A DNA stretch of 64,000 bases, taken from positions 211,398 to 275,397 of the forward strand of contig CP011216.1 of NCBI GenBank assembly GCA_001029795.1, read 5' to 3'. The notes under the pieces were generated by a model. That model was not told the origin of the DNA, made no database searches, and saw nothing but the letters and a program-made list of their open reading frames with translations. The stretch's first letter is position 1. Each line of letters starts with the position of its first letter. Below are positions 32,396 to 41,361 of this stretch, one piece after another. The position numbers and the translations under genes are program-made. The stretch is from a candidate division Kazan bacterium GW2011_GWA1_50_15 (GTDB lineage: Bacteria; Patescibacteriota; Kazan-3B-28).

Positions 32396-32413
32396 TTCCC
32401 CGTGGCGCTACCA
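32396..32413 (+). repeat. 18-nt direct repeat of the tRNA-Glu 3' end (att-like)
   Basis: TTCCCCGTGGCGCTACCA identical to 32228-32245. Confidence 0.9.
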
Positions 32414-32430
32414 CATCAGGATAGGTGCAA

Positions 32431-34302
32431 CTAGTCGAAGATGCCTTTAACCCCGCGTTCGCGGGCTTTTTCGAGCAGCTCTTCGCGCCGCGACCGAGGC
32501 GCAGGAAGGCTCTCGGGTTCAGCCGCAGGCATCGGTGCTTCGGATTGGTAACGATCCTCTCTGATCGGCGGGGGTAAGGTCTCTGGTTCATCATCCTCGA
32601 TCAAACTATCAGCCGATGTACTGACTTCATCCTCGACAACAGTTACGAGCGGCATCGGGGTTTCTGTGGTTTCGTTTGTCTCGTTATCCCGGGTGTCCCA
32701 TCGGCTAACGCCAGTTTCTCGGCATTGGGCCAAAATGGCGGAGCAGGCTCGTAATTCCCTAACGATACGTTTGCGAATGGCATATCTTTTTAATTTATCG
32801 AAGGCTTCGGCCTCGATCTGCCGAATGCGCTCGCGAGTAACATTTAATATTTCACCTACCTCCTGTAAGGTTTTCTCGTCCTTCCCGCCAATGCCGTAGC
32901 GCTCGATTACCACCACCCTCTGGCGCTCATTTAGACCAGCGGATCTGATCCACTGCATGACCTGCTCCCTGGCGGCATGGTAAGTAGCCACTTCTTCTGG
33001 TGAGGGGCTACTGTTATCGGGTAGCCACTCCCCTAAGGCGGTGGCCTCCTCCGTCCATCCACCCCGGGTGCTTGAACTAATCGGGGCGTCGAGTGAAACT
33101 GGCATCTGGATGTGCTCGAGCAGATCATCTAGCTTTTCTTCGGTCATCCCCAATTGTTTAGCGATTTCATCCTTGCTTAGGGGCTGGCCGTCATCATCAA
33201 CAAGTTTTCTGATACGATGCATCGTTTCGTGCACATGCACTGGCTTGCGGGATAGATCCTTTTCATTCATCAGCCCTCGTCCAATGGCTTGACGGATCCA
33301 CCAGGTGGCATAGGTGGAGAACTTGTAACCCTTCTCGGGATCGAATTTCTCTACTGCTCGGATAAGCCCGAACTGACCAAAAGAAATGAGGTCGGCAAGG
33401 GGCATGCCCCTGTTAATGAACTTTCTAGCGTAATGGACGACCAGACGGAGGTTGGCTTCGATAAAGTGGTTCTTCGCCTCTTGGTCGCCATTTTGGACCC
33501 GGCGAGCCAATACCACCTCTTCGTCTTTAGTTAACAAGGGAACCTTAGCGATTTGATGAAGATAGGCCAAATATTCGTTCTGGAGGGCGAGTTGTTCTTG
33601 GGCTTTACGTTCGGGGTCGCTTATCTTTTCTTCTCCGAAATCGACTATCTCTGCTTCTTTTGCTTCGGCTTTTTCGATGGGAATAACTTGGGTCGTTTCA
33701 CGAGCAGAAGCTTTAGCGGGCCGGAGGATTGGTTCGGCAACCACCGTGGGCACGATCTCCTTTGGGGTATCGTGATAGGCTGCTTCCACGGACTGATAAG
33801 CCCCTAAAAGCTCTAACAGCTCGGGAGAAAAGAATTCACCGTCCTTGTAGGTGCGTTGCCACTCGGGGTGGGCTTCAAGATGTGGCTTGATAATATGCGC
33901 CGCCATTTCACTATCCGTAGCAAGCCAACGAGACAACTCATCCATGTCCCGCCAATCCATCGGGGCAGACCGGGTGACCGCGTCCAATTCTCCCTTAAGA
34001 TGTTCAACGATCATTATTGAAACCTCGGTGTTACAACCCTTACCGTTGCCTCTAAACGCCTCGGGGTGGGCGGTATGATATTTATTTAAAAGCATGGTTA
34101 ACTCTAGCTCGACGCGGTCGAAAAGTTCTGGCAGATCATCCAAAGGCACCCACCGGGTTTCGGCACACGCTTGTTCTTGTCGGGCGATCCGTTCGACCGC
34201 GACCCCGTTTAAAAATTCATCCCAATCCTCGGCCGGGGTCAGTCGGCGGGGCGAGTCTTTAGCCACTGGGATTTGGGTTTTGGTTAATTCAAATTTCCGC
34301 AT
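32431..34302 (-). CDS. RpoD/sigma70-family sigma factor with long unique N- and C-terminal extensions
   Basis: region 1.2 YLHQIAKVPLLT; region 2 EANLRLVV..AVEKFDPEKGYKFSTYATWWIRQAI; region 3 PVSLDAPI; region 4 TLQEVGEILNVTRERIRQIE. Confidence 0.92.
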   Translation of the reverse strand: MRKFELTKTQIPVAKDSPRRLTPAEDWDEFLNGVAVERIARQEQACAETRWVPLDDLPELFDRVELELTMLLNKYHTAHPEAFRGNGKGCNTEVSIMIVEHLKGELDAVTRSAPMDWRDMDELSRWLATDSEMAAHIIKPHLEAHPEWQRTYKDGEFFSPELLELLGAYQSVEAAYHDTPKEIVPTVVAEPILRPAKASARETTQVIPIEKAEAKEAEIVDFGEEKISDPERKAQEQLALQNEYLAYLHQIAKVPLLTKDEEVVLARRVQNGDQEAKNHFIEANLRLVVHYARKFINRGMPLADLISFGQFGLIRAVEKFDPEKGYKFSTYATWWIRQAIGRGLMNEKDLSRKPVHVHETMHRIRKLVDDDGQPLSKDEIAKQLGMTEEKLDDLLEHIQMPVSLDAPISSSTRGGWTEEATALGEWLPDNSSPSPEEVATYHAAREQVMQWIRSAGLNERQRVVVIERYGIGGKDEKTLQEVGEILNVTRERIRQIEAEAFDKLKRYAIRKRIVRELRACSAILAQCRETGVSRWDTRDNETNETTETPMPLVTVVEDEVSTSADSLIEDDEPETLPPPIREDRYQSEAPMPAAEPESLPAPRSRREELLEKARERGVKGIFD

Positions 34303-34393
34303 ACATGTTAGTCTTGTTCATCATACAAAATAATGGCCGCTACGGGTGAAGCGCCCGCAACGGCCATAAGTGGACGGTGTCGCGTGAGACTGA

Positions 34394-34852
34394 TCAGTCA
34401 TCACCGTCGGCGATGTGGGAGAGTTTGGCCTTGAGAGCTTCATACTTCTCTTGGTATGGAAGAAGTGCCGCGATGACCGCCTCATAGTTCTCAAAAGCTA
34501 GCGCGGTTAGCTTCCCGATGGTTTTGACCTCATTGACGGCATCCCTGGCCTCCTGAAGCTTGGCTGGGGTATCGGTCTCTTGCCCCCTCTTGGTTGCGCG
34601 AGGAGGGGTAGGTGTAGACGAACTAAGCCCTAACTGCTTCCTGAGCGGGTAAACTATGGTCCCAACGCTGTTGGGAGTGGTGTTGAAACCCTTTTCGTTA
34701 GCCAACTCGGCCAATCTGTCGACGATCTCTTTGACCTCTCCTTTGCCGGTTATGTCCCGCCTCTCCCTATCGCGGGCAACCGCCTTCGCCGCCCTTTCGT
34801 AGTTGGCTTCGACAAACGCCCTAAGTGTCATCTGGTCACCTCTTGAAGCCAT
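34394..34852 (-). CDS. hypothetical protein (helical/coiled-coil)
   Basis: ATG at 34852 (MASRGDQ) follows AGGAGG SD; hairpin terminator near 34333-34367. Confidence 0.7.
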   Translation of the reverse strand: MASRGDQMTLRAFVEANYERAAKAVARDRERRDITGKGEVKEIVDRLAELANEKGFNTTPNSVGTIVYPLRKQLGLSSSTPTPPRATKRGQETDTPAKLQEARDAVNEVKTIGKLTALAFENYEAVIAALLPYQEKYEALKAKLSHIADGDD

Positions 34853-34978
34853 AGTCTGATCCTCCTGAGGTATTGAAGTAAAGAGCATTCGCCATAAGAC
34901 GAACAGGACAGCATACCATATACCTGAAGTTACAAACAAGAAAAAGCGGTCGCCGTAGCGACCGCTTTGGGTACAAAA

Positions 34979-36448
34979 TCAGACTATTTCTCGCTTATTG
35001 TTAGGTACCGGCATGGGGTACTTACCGGTGAAGCAAGCCGTGCAAAACCCTTGATCTCCCAGAACCCTCATGCTGCCTTCCAGCGAGAGGTAGTGGAGAA
35101 CATCTAGCCCAGGAACGGCTTCCAAGATTTCTGCTTCGGTTCGCCCATGAGCGATTAGAAGTTTGCTCTCGGGAGTATTTAGTCCAAAAAAGCATGGAAA
35201 CCGGTACGGTGGAGCGGTGACCGCGTAGTAGACCGCCCTGGCCCCACGGTTTCTTAGCTCTGGGCAGACCCATCTAGCTTGGTCCGCTCTGACGATCGAG
35301 TCATCCACCAGAAGAATGGCCTTACCGTGGACCGGCTCGGGGATGATGTCTAGGTTCGCCCGAATTCGGTCAGCTCGATCGCTTAACTTCGACATGAACG
35401 CTCGGCCGAGGCCGTGACGATTCTTATACACCACATTGCGTCCCCGCGTATTAGCCTCTTTCCTGATGCCCTCAATAAAGCCCTGGGCTGCCGGACCGCC
35501 AGAGAATGGCATAGCCGCGACAATGTCTGGAATTGGCTTTCCCGATGCGAACCATTCGCGAGCCGTCTCCTCTCCCAAGCGATAGCGCAGTTCGTCAAAC
35601 GATACTCCCTTGTATTTACTGTTGGGTTGGGAAAAGTAGTAGATCTCCATAAGACAAAAGCTGGGTTGAGCCGGTGCGAATCTTTGAATACTGACATCTT
35701 CTTCCCCGTTATCAGAGATAACGATAAGCGTACCCGGTTCAACTTCATGGACTTCGTCAAATTCTGATGCCATCACTGACGATTCAGAACAGATCATTGC
35801 CCCGTCCTCGTTCCTAGCCCAAAACATTGGACGGAAACCCCAAGGGTCGCGCATACCGACCAGTTTGCCGCTGGGGGTCATCCCCACTAGCGAGAATGCT
35901 CCCTCCAGCGTACTGCCGACTTGGGCGAAAGCGGCAATCTCATCCATGCCTTTCTCAAAGATCTCAACACCGATCAGATTAACGATAAGTTCAGCATCGC
36001 ACTTAGACGCGAATCGGCATCCATACTGGCGAACAATTCGGCGGCGCAATTTTGTATAGAGCGGGATATCGCCGTTCGAAGCGATGACCACACTCCGGCC
36101 TCCATGCTTGAACCCGTGCGGCTGAGCCGCTTCATTACTACTCTCACCCGCGGTGGTATAGCGAACATGCACTATGCCGAGATTACCCTTATACCGTTTA
36201 ATCAGGGTATCGGCCTTGGCCTCACTATCCTTACCGAATAGGGCGCTGGCCGATCCTATCTTCTTCCAGGGCACATACGGCTGTTCAAGATAGCTAAACC
36301 CAACAACGAAGCCCGTCGCCTGCTGACCCCGATTTTGCAACTGGATAGCATCGGATAGGAGGGAGGCGGTTACGTGTCGTTTACCAATGGGCATGCGCCG
36401 TTTACTGGGTTTGCAGCGATAATAGATCCTGCCACTAACTCCGCACAT
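34979..36448 (-). CDS. purF: amidophosphoribosyltransferase-like protein (divergent PurF)
   Basis: N-terminal MCG, HVRYTTAG, RDPWGFRP, VDDSIVR, PCFFG, CTACFTGKYP. Confidence 0.8.
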   Translation of the reverse strand: MCGVSGRIYYRCKPSKRRMPIGKRHVTASLLSDAIQLQNRGQQATGFVVGFSYLEQPYVPWKKIGSASALFGKDSEAKADTLIKRYKGNLGIVHVRYTTAGESSNEAAQPHGFKHGGRSVVIASNGDIPLYTKLRRRIVRQYGCRFASKCDAELIVNLIGVEIFEKGMDEIAAFAQVGSTLEGAFSLVGMTPSGKLVGMRDPWGFRPMFWARNEDGAMICSESSVMASEFDEVHEVEPGTLIVISDNGEEDVSIQRFAPAQPSFCLMEIYYFSQPNSKYKGVSFDELRYRLGEETAREWFASGKPIPDIVAAMPFSGGPAAQGFIEGIRKEANTRGRNVVYKNRHGLGRAFMSKLSDRADRIRANLDIIPEPVHGKAILLVDDSIVRADQARWVCPELRNRGARAVYYAVTAPPYRFPCFFGLNTPESKLLIAHGRTEAEILEAVPGLDVLHYLSLEGSMRVLGDQGFCTACFTGKYPMPVPNNKREIV

Positions 36449-36593
36449 CTAGCATCAACCTCCTTAGATTTTTAAGTTGCAAATCCGTCAAATGGCGGAG
36501 GGGTACACCCCCGCTCACAAATCATTGTACACGACAGCACCCAAAACGCCTCAGAGAGAATCTGAGGCGTTTTGATTACCGAAACTACAGGCC

Positions 36594-36788
36594 TTATTTG
36601 GCGAGAATGGGAAGTCCGGTCCGAGAACTCTCCTTGACCCGATAACCCTCTGGCAAAGCATCGATAGCGCCAGGCTTGATCTCCTTGGCAAAGTAGTAGA
36701 TCCGCTGCTTCCGCCCACCCTTCAGGGTGACTTCTTTGGAGTGCAAGTAGTAAGTCTTACCCTTGCTGTTCGTATGACTATAGGCCAT
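36594..36788 (-). CDS. small conserved hypothetical protein
   Basis: 64 aa, AGGAG SD, own promoter and terminator (36543-36573). Confidence 0.8.
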   Translation of the reverse strand: MAYSHTNSKGKTYYLHSKEVTLKGGRKQRIYYFAKEIKPGAIDALPEGYRVKESSRTGLPILAK

Positions 36789-36891
36789 GTGTCTCCTAAC
36801 TTTTAGTAATATGACTACTCCTATATTCTACTAAGGCCCTTCTCCTATGTCTAGGTGTAAACCACCTATGGCAGTTTTTTGGCGCTGGAGG

Positions 36892-37404
36892 CTAGCTTAA
36901 GGTGACGTCCCCCGGCTGCCAATCGGCTGGGCAGGAGCGGTTCGTTTGTAGAGCGCGGAGCACGCGGATCAGCTCACCAGTACCTCGTCCGACCTGGCCA
37001 GACAAGATATTAACCCAGCGGATAGTCGTATCCGGGTCAATTACAAAGGTAGCTCGCATCGCAGTCCCAGACTCTTCATTCAACACTCCGTACTGGTGGG
37101 CGACGCGTTTATTAAAGTCGGCGAGCAGCGGAAAGGGTAGTTCGCCTAGTTCTTTGGCCCACGCCCGATGTGAGTTAATGCTGTCAGTGCTGACCGCCAA
37201 TAGTTCAGCGCCGGTCTTGCGCAGGTCCTCCCATTGCTTGGCCAATGCCGTTATCTCGGTCGGACAAAGCGTAGAAAAATCGGCAGCATAGAAAAACAAA
37301 ACTACCCATTTGTTTTTGTAGTTTTGTAGTTTAAACGTTTTAATATCGTCAGCCAGATAACCGCTAAGGGAAAAATCTGGGGCCTTGTCTCCGATTGTGA
37401 TCAT
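36892..37404 (-). CDS. ahpC: peroxiredoxin (AhpC/TSA family)
   Basis: GDKAPDF, FSTLCPTE, FPLLADF, RATFVIDP, CPADWQPG. Confidence 0.93.
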   Translation of the reverse strand: MITIGDKAPDFSLSGYLADDIKTFKLQNYKNKWVVLFFYAADFSTLCPTEITALAKQWEDLRKTGAELLAVSTDSINSHRAWAKELGELPFPLLADFNKRVAHQYGVLNEESGTAMRATFVIDPDTTIRWVNILSGQVGRGTGELIRVLRALQTNRSCPADWQPGDVTLS

Positions 37405-37580
37405 ATTGACCTCTACAACTTAATTTCTATTGCCTGGCCCGTAGAGCAATCTTGGGAGTGACTCCCTTTCATCGGCATAGCCGATCCAAAATTCTTCTAC
37501 GGGGTACGTTCCATTATAGCAGTTCAGACAAAAAACAGCCCCGACCGTGTCGGGGCTTAAAAAGTGCTTCATAGGAGCGG

Positions 37581-37766
37581 TTAGCCACCGCGGGGCGAGC
37601 GATAGTCGCCCGGGTTGTGCGGCCCACGGCGTGAGGCGCTGCGATTGACCCGTTCTAGCGCTTTATTCGGGGGTTGTTCGTTACCGTTGCCGTTAATCTT
37701 GCCGACATCATGCAACCCTTTGCCGCGATGGTTTTTACTGCTTTTACCGTTGCCCTTTTTACCCAA
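37581..37766 (-). CDS. small basic disordered protein
   Basis: 61 aa; AGGAGG SD before TTG start; terminator near 37530-37557. Confidence 0.6.
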   Translation of the reverse strand: MGKKGNGKSSKNHRGKGLHDVGKINGNGNEQPPNKALERVNRSASRRGPHNPGDYRSPRGG

Positions 37767-37853
37767 AGGAGCAACCTCCTATGAAAATGAATTTCAGCCC
37801 CCACGGACTGATGGCTATATACTAGCACACTCCAATAATTTTGCCGGTGGTGA

Positions 37854-38231
37854 CTATTTTCTGACCCGCTTCAAACTCAAGCCCAAAAACAGAGCAGCGG
37901 TAAATAGTAACGCGCCGTATAAACAGGTTGCCGTCCAAGGCGTAGCATTAGGACAGTTGAGAGGACAAACTCGATTTTGGTAGTAGCTCCAAGTAAAGAG
38001 AATCCAGTTAGCCCAAGCAAATAGTGCCCCGGCGGCGAGCCACCAGTTCAGATAGCTACCCAGTCGCTTTTGCATGACACCGGCAGCGACCAGTAGAGCG
38101 ATCAAAAAAGCTAAACCACCATAGATACAAGTGGTTGTGAATGGGTTAATACCTAGACCGACCTCGCGACCAACATTAAAAGCCGCAAAGATAACCCCAA
38201 CCCCCAACACTCCGATCAGATAGTTGCGCAT
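37854..38231 (-). CDS. membrane protein with Cys motifs and an internal duplication
   Basis: four TM segments; NPFTTTCIYG / TPWTATCLYG repeats; CPLNC. Confidence 0.7.
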   Translation of the reverse strand: MRNYLIGVLGVGVIFAAFNVGREVGLGINPFTTTCIYGGLAFLIALLVAAGVMQKRLGSYLNWWLAAGALFAWANWILFTWSYYQNRVCPLNCPNATPWTATCLYGALLFTAALFLGLSLKRVRK

Positions 38232-38402
38232 GGGTTTATCTTAGACGAGCAGCCCTTCGTTTGCCAAGTAGTTTAATCGTTAGCCTTTCGGCTCCCGGAC
38301 ATGGACCCGCCCCGTACCGGCATACCGCTGAAATTATGGCAGTAATTTCCGGTTTGTCTGGTATCGGGGTTCGAACCCAAGGGCTCCCGATAGGTTTTGC
38401 GT

Positions 38403-38476
38403 TGGCTGGGGCGGTAGGATTCGAACCTACGATCATGGAGCCAGAATCCATTGCCTTGCCGCTTGGCTACGCCCCA
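38403..38476 (-). tRNA. tRNA-Gln (CTG)
   Basis: TGGGGCG...ATGGA-TTCTGGC-TCCAT...GGTTCGAATCC...CGCCCCAGCCA. Confidence 0.96.
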
Positions 38477-38578
38477 AAAACACTAGTCGCAACTGGATTA
38501 TAGGTAATGGCTATGGGACTGTCTAGTAATTCGCTCTGGTATAAAAAATCCTCCGGGTGGGTCCCGGAGGAATAACGC

Positions 38579-39568
38579 TTAATTCTGGGTTGGAAGGAAC
38601 ACTTCGGCCAGCATACAGCGGACACTGCCCCCGCCGTATTTCTCGATGGTGGGGATGCGGAGCGGCAGAAGCCGACCATGCTTAGCCAAACGATCCTCTT
38701 GTTCGTACGTGAATGTTTGGTAAGCGGCATGCGACAAGGCGATGAATGGATGGTCTTTGGTGCTCCGAAGTTCGAGAAGGTTGGCTCCGAATTGAGCCAT
38801 CTGTTTGAGGGAAATAAGGATAACCTCCCGCCCGGAGCTGTAGAGAGAATCTAGAACCGTTTCACGTTCGTCGGCGCTAATGAAAGCTTCCGCGCACACC
38901 ACGGCGAATGAGGAGCCGAGCGACATCACCACATTGGTGTGGTAGATGGGTTGACCTTTTTCGTCCACCGCCTCGAAAATAATACTGGCGCATCCCATCC
39001 GCCTGGTGAAATCGAGGAGTACTTCCGGATTGGTCCGGCCCGAGCGGCAAGCGTAGGCGATCCGCCTCACGCGATCCAACACCAGGCTACCTGTCCCCTC
39101 GAGAAACTTTTTGTGACCCTCCCATCCGGTCAGATCAACTCGCTGGGTAATCGCGCGACCGCTCTCGGTCAGAACGGCAGTAACACTCTCGAACAGTTTA
39201 CGCTCGGCGCGGCGATTAGGCGCCATCATGGGGTACAACACCACCACCCCCTCTTCGGTGTCCATGGTGTTGTCGTAGGTGTGATGGAAGGAAATCCAGT
39301 TATTGGGGAAGATCGAGTCGGGAGTCCAGGGTTCACGAGTATCCTCCACTACAGAGACCTTGATGTCGGCTGCACGGAGTTCTCTCACTACGCTTTCGAA
39401 CTCGTTTCTCGCGTTCACCTGGATGTCCCGGCTAGCCGTCACCTCATCCCGTGATTGGAACGCGTTGGTGGCCAAAGTGTCTGGGTTTGAACCAAAGGCA
39501 ACTGGCGCGATCATCAGCACATGGTTGGTGGTCTGCTGATCACGATGCGACATGAAAATGTTACGCAA
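38579..39568 (-). CDS. amidinotransferase-family citrulline hydrolase (CtlX-like)
   Basis: TPDSIFPNNW, YPMMAPNRRAER, FLEGTGSLVLD, IYHTNV, GGGSVRCM. Confidence 0.9.
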   Translation of the reverse strand: MRNIFMSHRDQQTTNHVLMIAPVAFGSNPDTLATNAFQSRDEVTASRDIQVNARNEFESVVRELRAADIKVSVVEDTREPWTPDSIFPNNWISFHHTYDNTMDTEEGVVVLYPMMAPNRRAERKLFESVTAVLTESGRAITQRVDLTGWEGHKKFLEGTGSLVLDRVRRIAYACRSGRTNPEVLLDFTRRMGCASIIFEAVDEKGQPIYHTNVVMSLGSSFAVVCAEAFISADERETVLDSLYSSGREVILISLKQMAQFGANLLELRSTKDHPFIALSHAAYQTFTYEQEDRLAKHGRLLPLRIPTIEKYGGGSVRCMLAEVFLPTQN

Positions 39569-39575
39569 CGTTACA

Positions 39576-40790
39576 TTACCTCCTTAGGGGATGTCTTAGA
39601 ACTTGTTCAATGCGCTCCATTGCCCAGTCGAGCTCGTTCTGCTCGATGATTAATGGAGGAGCGAAGCGGATGACGTCATCGTGGGTCTCTTTACACAGAA
39701 GACCCTCGGTCATTAGCGCCTCGCAGTAGCGCCTGGCGCCGCCAGCCTCCGGAAAAAGCTCCACACCGATAAACAGTCCCTTCCCTCGGACTTCTTTTAT
39801 CAGCGGGTTCTTGATAGTCCGCAAGTCTTTTATGAGCAGGTTTCCAAGCCGATCTGACCGCCATGGCAACTCTTCCTCGACCGTGACCCGCAATGCCTCT
39901 CTGGCCACGGCGCACGCCAGCGGATTGCCGCCGAACGTTGAGCCGTGATCGCCCGGACGAAACACCCCGAGTATCTTGCGCGAAGCCAGCACAGCTGAGA
40001 TCGGCATCAGGCCGCCCCCCAGCGCCTTGCCGACGATCAACACGTCGGGCTTGATCCCTTCGTGCTGATAACAGAACATTTTACCGGTGCGGCCAAAACC
40101 GGTCTGGATCTCGTCTACCATTAGTAAAATGTTGTGCTGACGACAAAGCTTCCTGACTTGTTTCAGATACCCTTTTGGCGGGACCCTGACACCAGCCTCG
40201 CCCTGGATAGGCTCGACCAGAAACGCCACTGTGTTGTCAGTGATGGTTCGCTCGAAATCCTTGATGTCGCCATAGTGGATAGTTTTGAAGCCTGGCGTAA
40301 AGGGACCAAAGCCGTCCCGATACTGCGCTTCGGAAGAGAATCCAACGATGGTAGTAGTACGCCCGTGAAAGTTACCCTCACAAACGATGATCTCGGCCTG
40401 CTCGGCCGGGACGTTTTTGTGAGTATAGCCCCACTTGCGGGCAGTTTTGATGGCCGTCTCCACCGCCTCGGCGCCAGTGTTCATCGGCAGGGCCATCTGC
40501 ATTCCGGCGAGCTCACAGAGCTCCTGCAGAAATGGACCCAGTTGGTCGTTGTGGAAAGCCCGTGAGGTCAGAGTGACCATGCCGGCTTGCTGACGCAACG
40601 CTTTGACCAACCGAGGATGGCAGTGCCCTTGGTTAACGGCCGAATAGGCACTAAGCATATCGAGATAGCGTTTGCCGTCCGTATCCCACACCCAGATACC
40701 TTTAGCCCTAGATATCACCACTGGTAAGGGGTGATAGTTGTGGGCACCGTAATGCTCGGTCAGTTCAATGAGTGTTGCTCCATTAAGCAA
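39576..40790 (-). CDS. rocD: ornithine--oxo-acid aminotransferase
   Basis: [68 protein letters not shown]; TTG start at 40790 chosen from SD spacing (track start 40799). Confidence 0.95.
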   Translation of the reverse strand: MLNGATLIELTEHYGAHNYHPLPVVISRAKGIWVWDTDGKRYLDMLSAYSAVNQGHCHPRLVKALRQQAGMVTLTSRAFHNDQLGPFLQELCELAGMQMALPMNTGAEAVETAIKTARKWGYTHKNVPAEQAEIIVCEGNFHGRTTTIVGFSSEAQYRDGFGPFTPGFKTIHYGDIKDFERTITDNTVAFLVEPIQGEAGVRVPPKGYLKQVRKLCRQHNILLMVDEIQTGFGRTGKMFCYQHEGIKPDVLIVGKALGGGLMPISAVLASRKILGVFRPGDHGSTFGGNPLACAVAREALRVTVEEELPWRSDRLGNLLIKDLRTIKNPLIKEVRGKGLFIGVELFPEAGGARRYCEALMTEGLLCKETHDDVIRFAPPLIIEQNELDWAMERIEQVLRHPLRR

Positions 40791-40899
40791 ATTTAACACC
40801 TCCCTTAAAGTGACTAGTTGGTAAGCAACAAAAGCAAGCCCAGACTACTCAGAAATTGGCTTTCAGTCAATAAAACCAGATGTAGGGGGTCGGACCGGA

Positions 40900-41214
40900 C
40901 TAGTAGAAATAAACCAGGATACCAGCTAAGACGATTAACCAGATAAGAGTCCATCCAATTAGCCAGAGGGCTTTGGGCCAGTGTTTGTTGAGCGCTAGAT
41001 AGATAGGATGCCCTAACACGGCACCAACAGACAGAACGGCCGTAACGATAAAAGTAATTGGGATAATAAGAAAGGCCGGCAGGGTTGGTTCGGGTGTTTC
41101 GGCGATCAACTGATTCATATTGGTCATCAATGTGGTCCAACCCCACAAGACTAAACTAGCCCCGACAGCCTGCAGGAGACCGAGAGCCCAAAGAGCAGTG
41201 ACGGATTTTTTCAT
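40900..41214 (-). CDS. small membrane protein
   Basis: three hydrophobic segments. Confidence 0.7.
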   Translation of the reverse strand: MKKSVTALWALGLLQAVGASLVLWGWTTLMTNMNQLIAETPEPTLPAFLIIPITFIVTAVLSVGAVLGHPIYLALNKHWPKALWLIGWTLIWLIVLAGILVYFY

Positions 41215-41235
41215 ACGACAGATATGTAATAATAT

Positions 41236-41351
41236 GCCGTCCTCGAGCCGTCCTGCGTTCAGCAGAACGACATCGGGGATCCAGAAAGGAAAATTAAAAT
41301 CTTTTTCTGGCTGGATCCCCGGGCCCTACCGGAGGTAGTCCCGAGGATGAC
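41236..41351. repeat. composite palindromic repeat (GTCAT family with nested hairpins)
   Basis: GCCGTCCTCG...GGGGATCCAG / CTGGATCCCC...CGAGGATGAC. Confidence 0.75.
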
Positions 41352-41361
41352 GAAGGGAAAA

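Noticed and set aside
23419-36820. Shared TAGTCATA in the leaders of two small genes (23399 and 36788)
   Set aside because: Only 8 nt in two instances; compatible with chance
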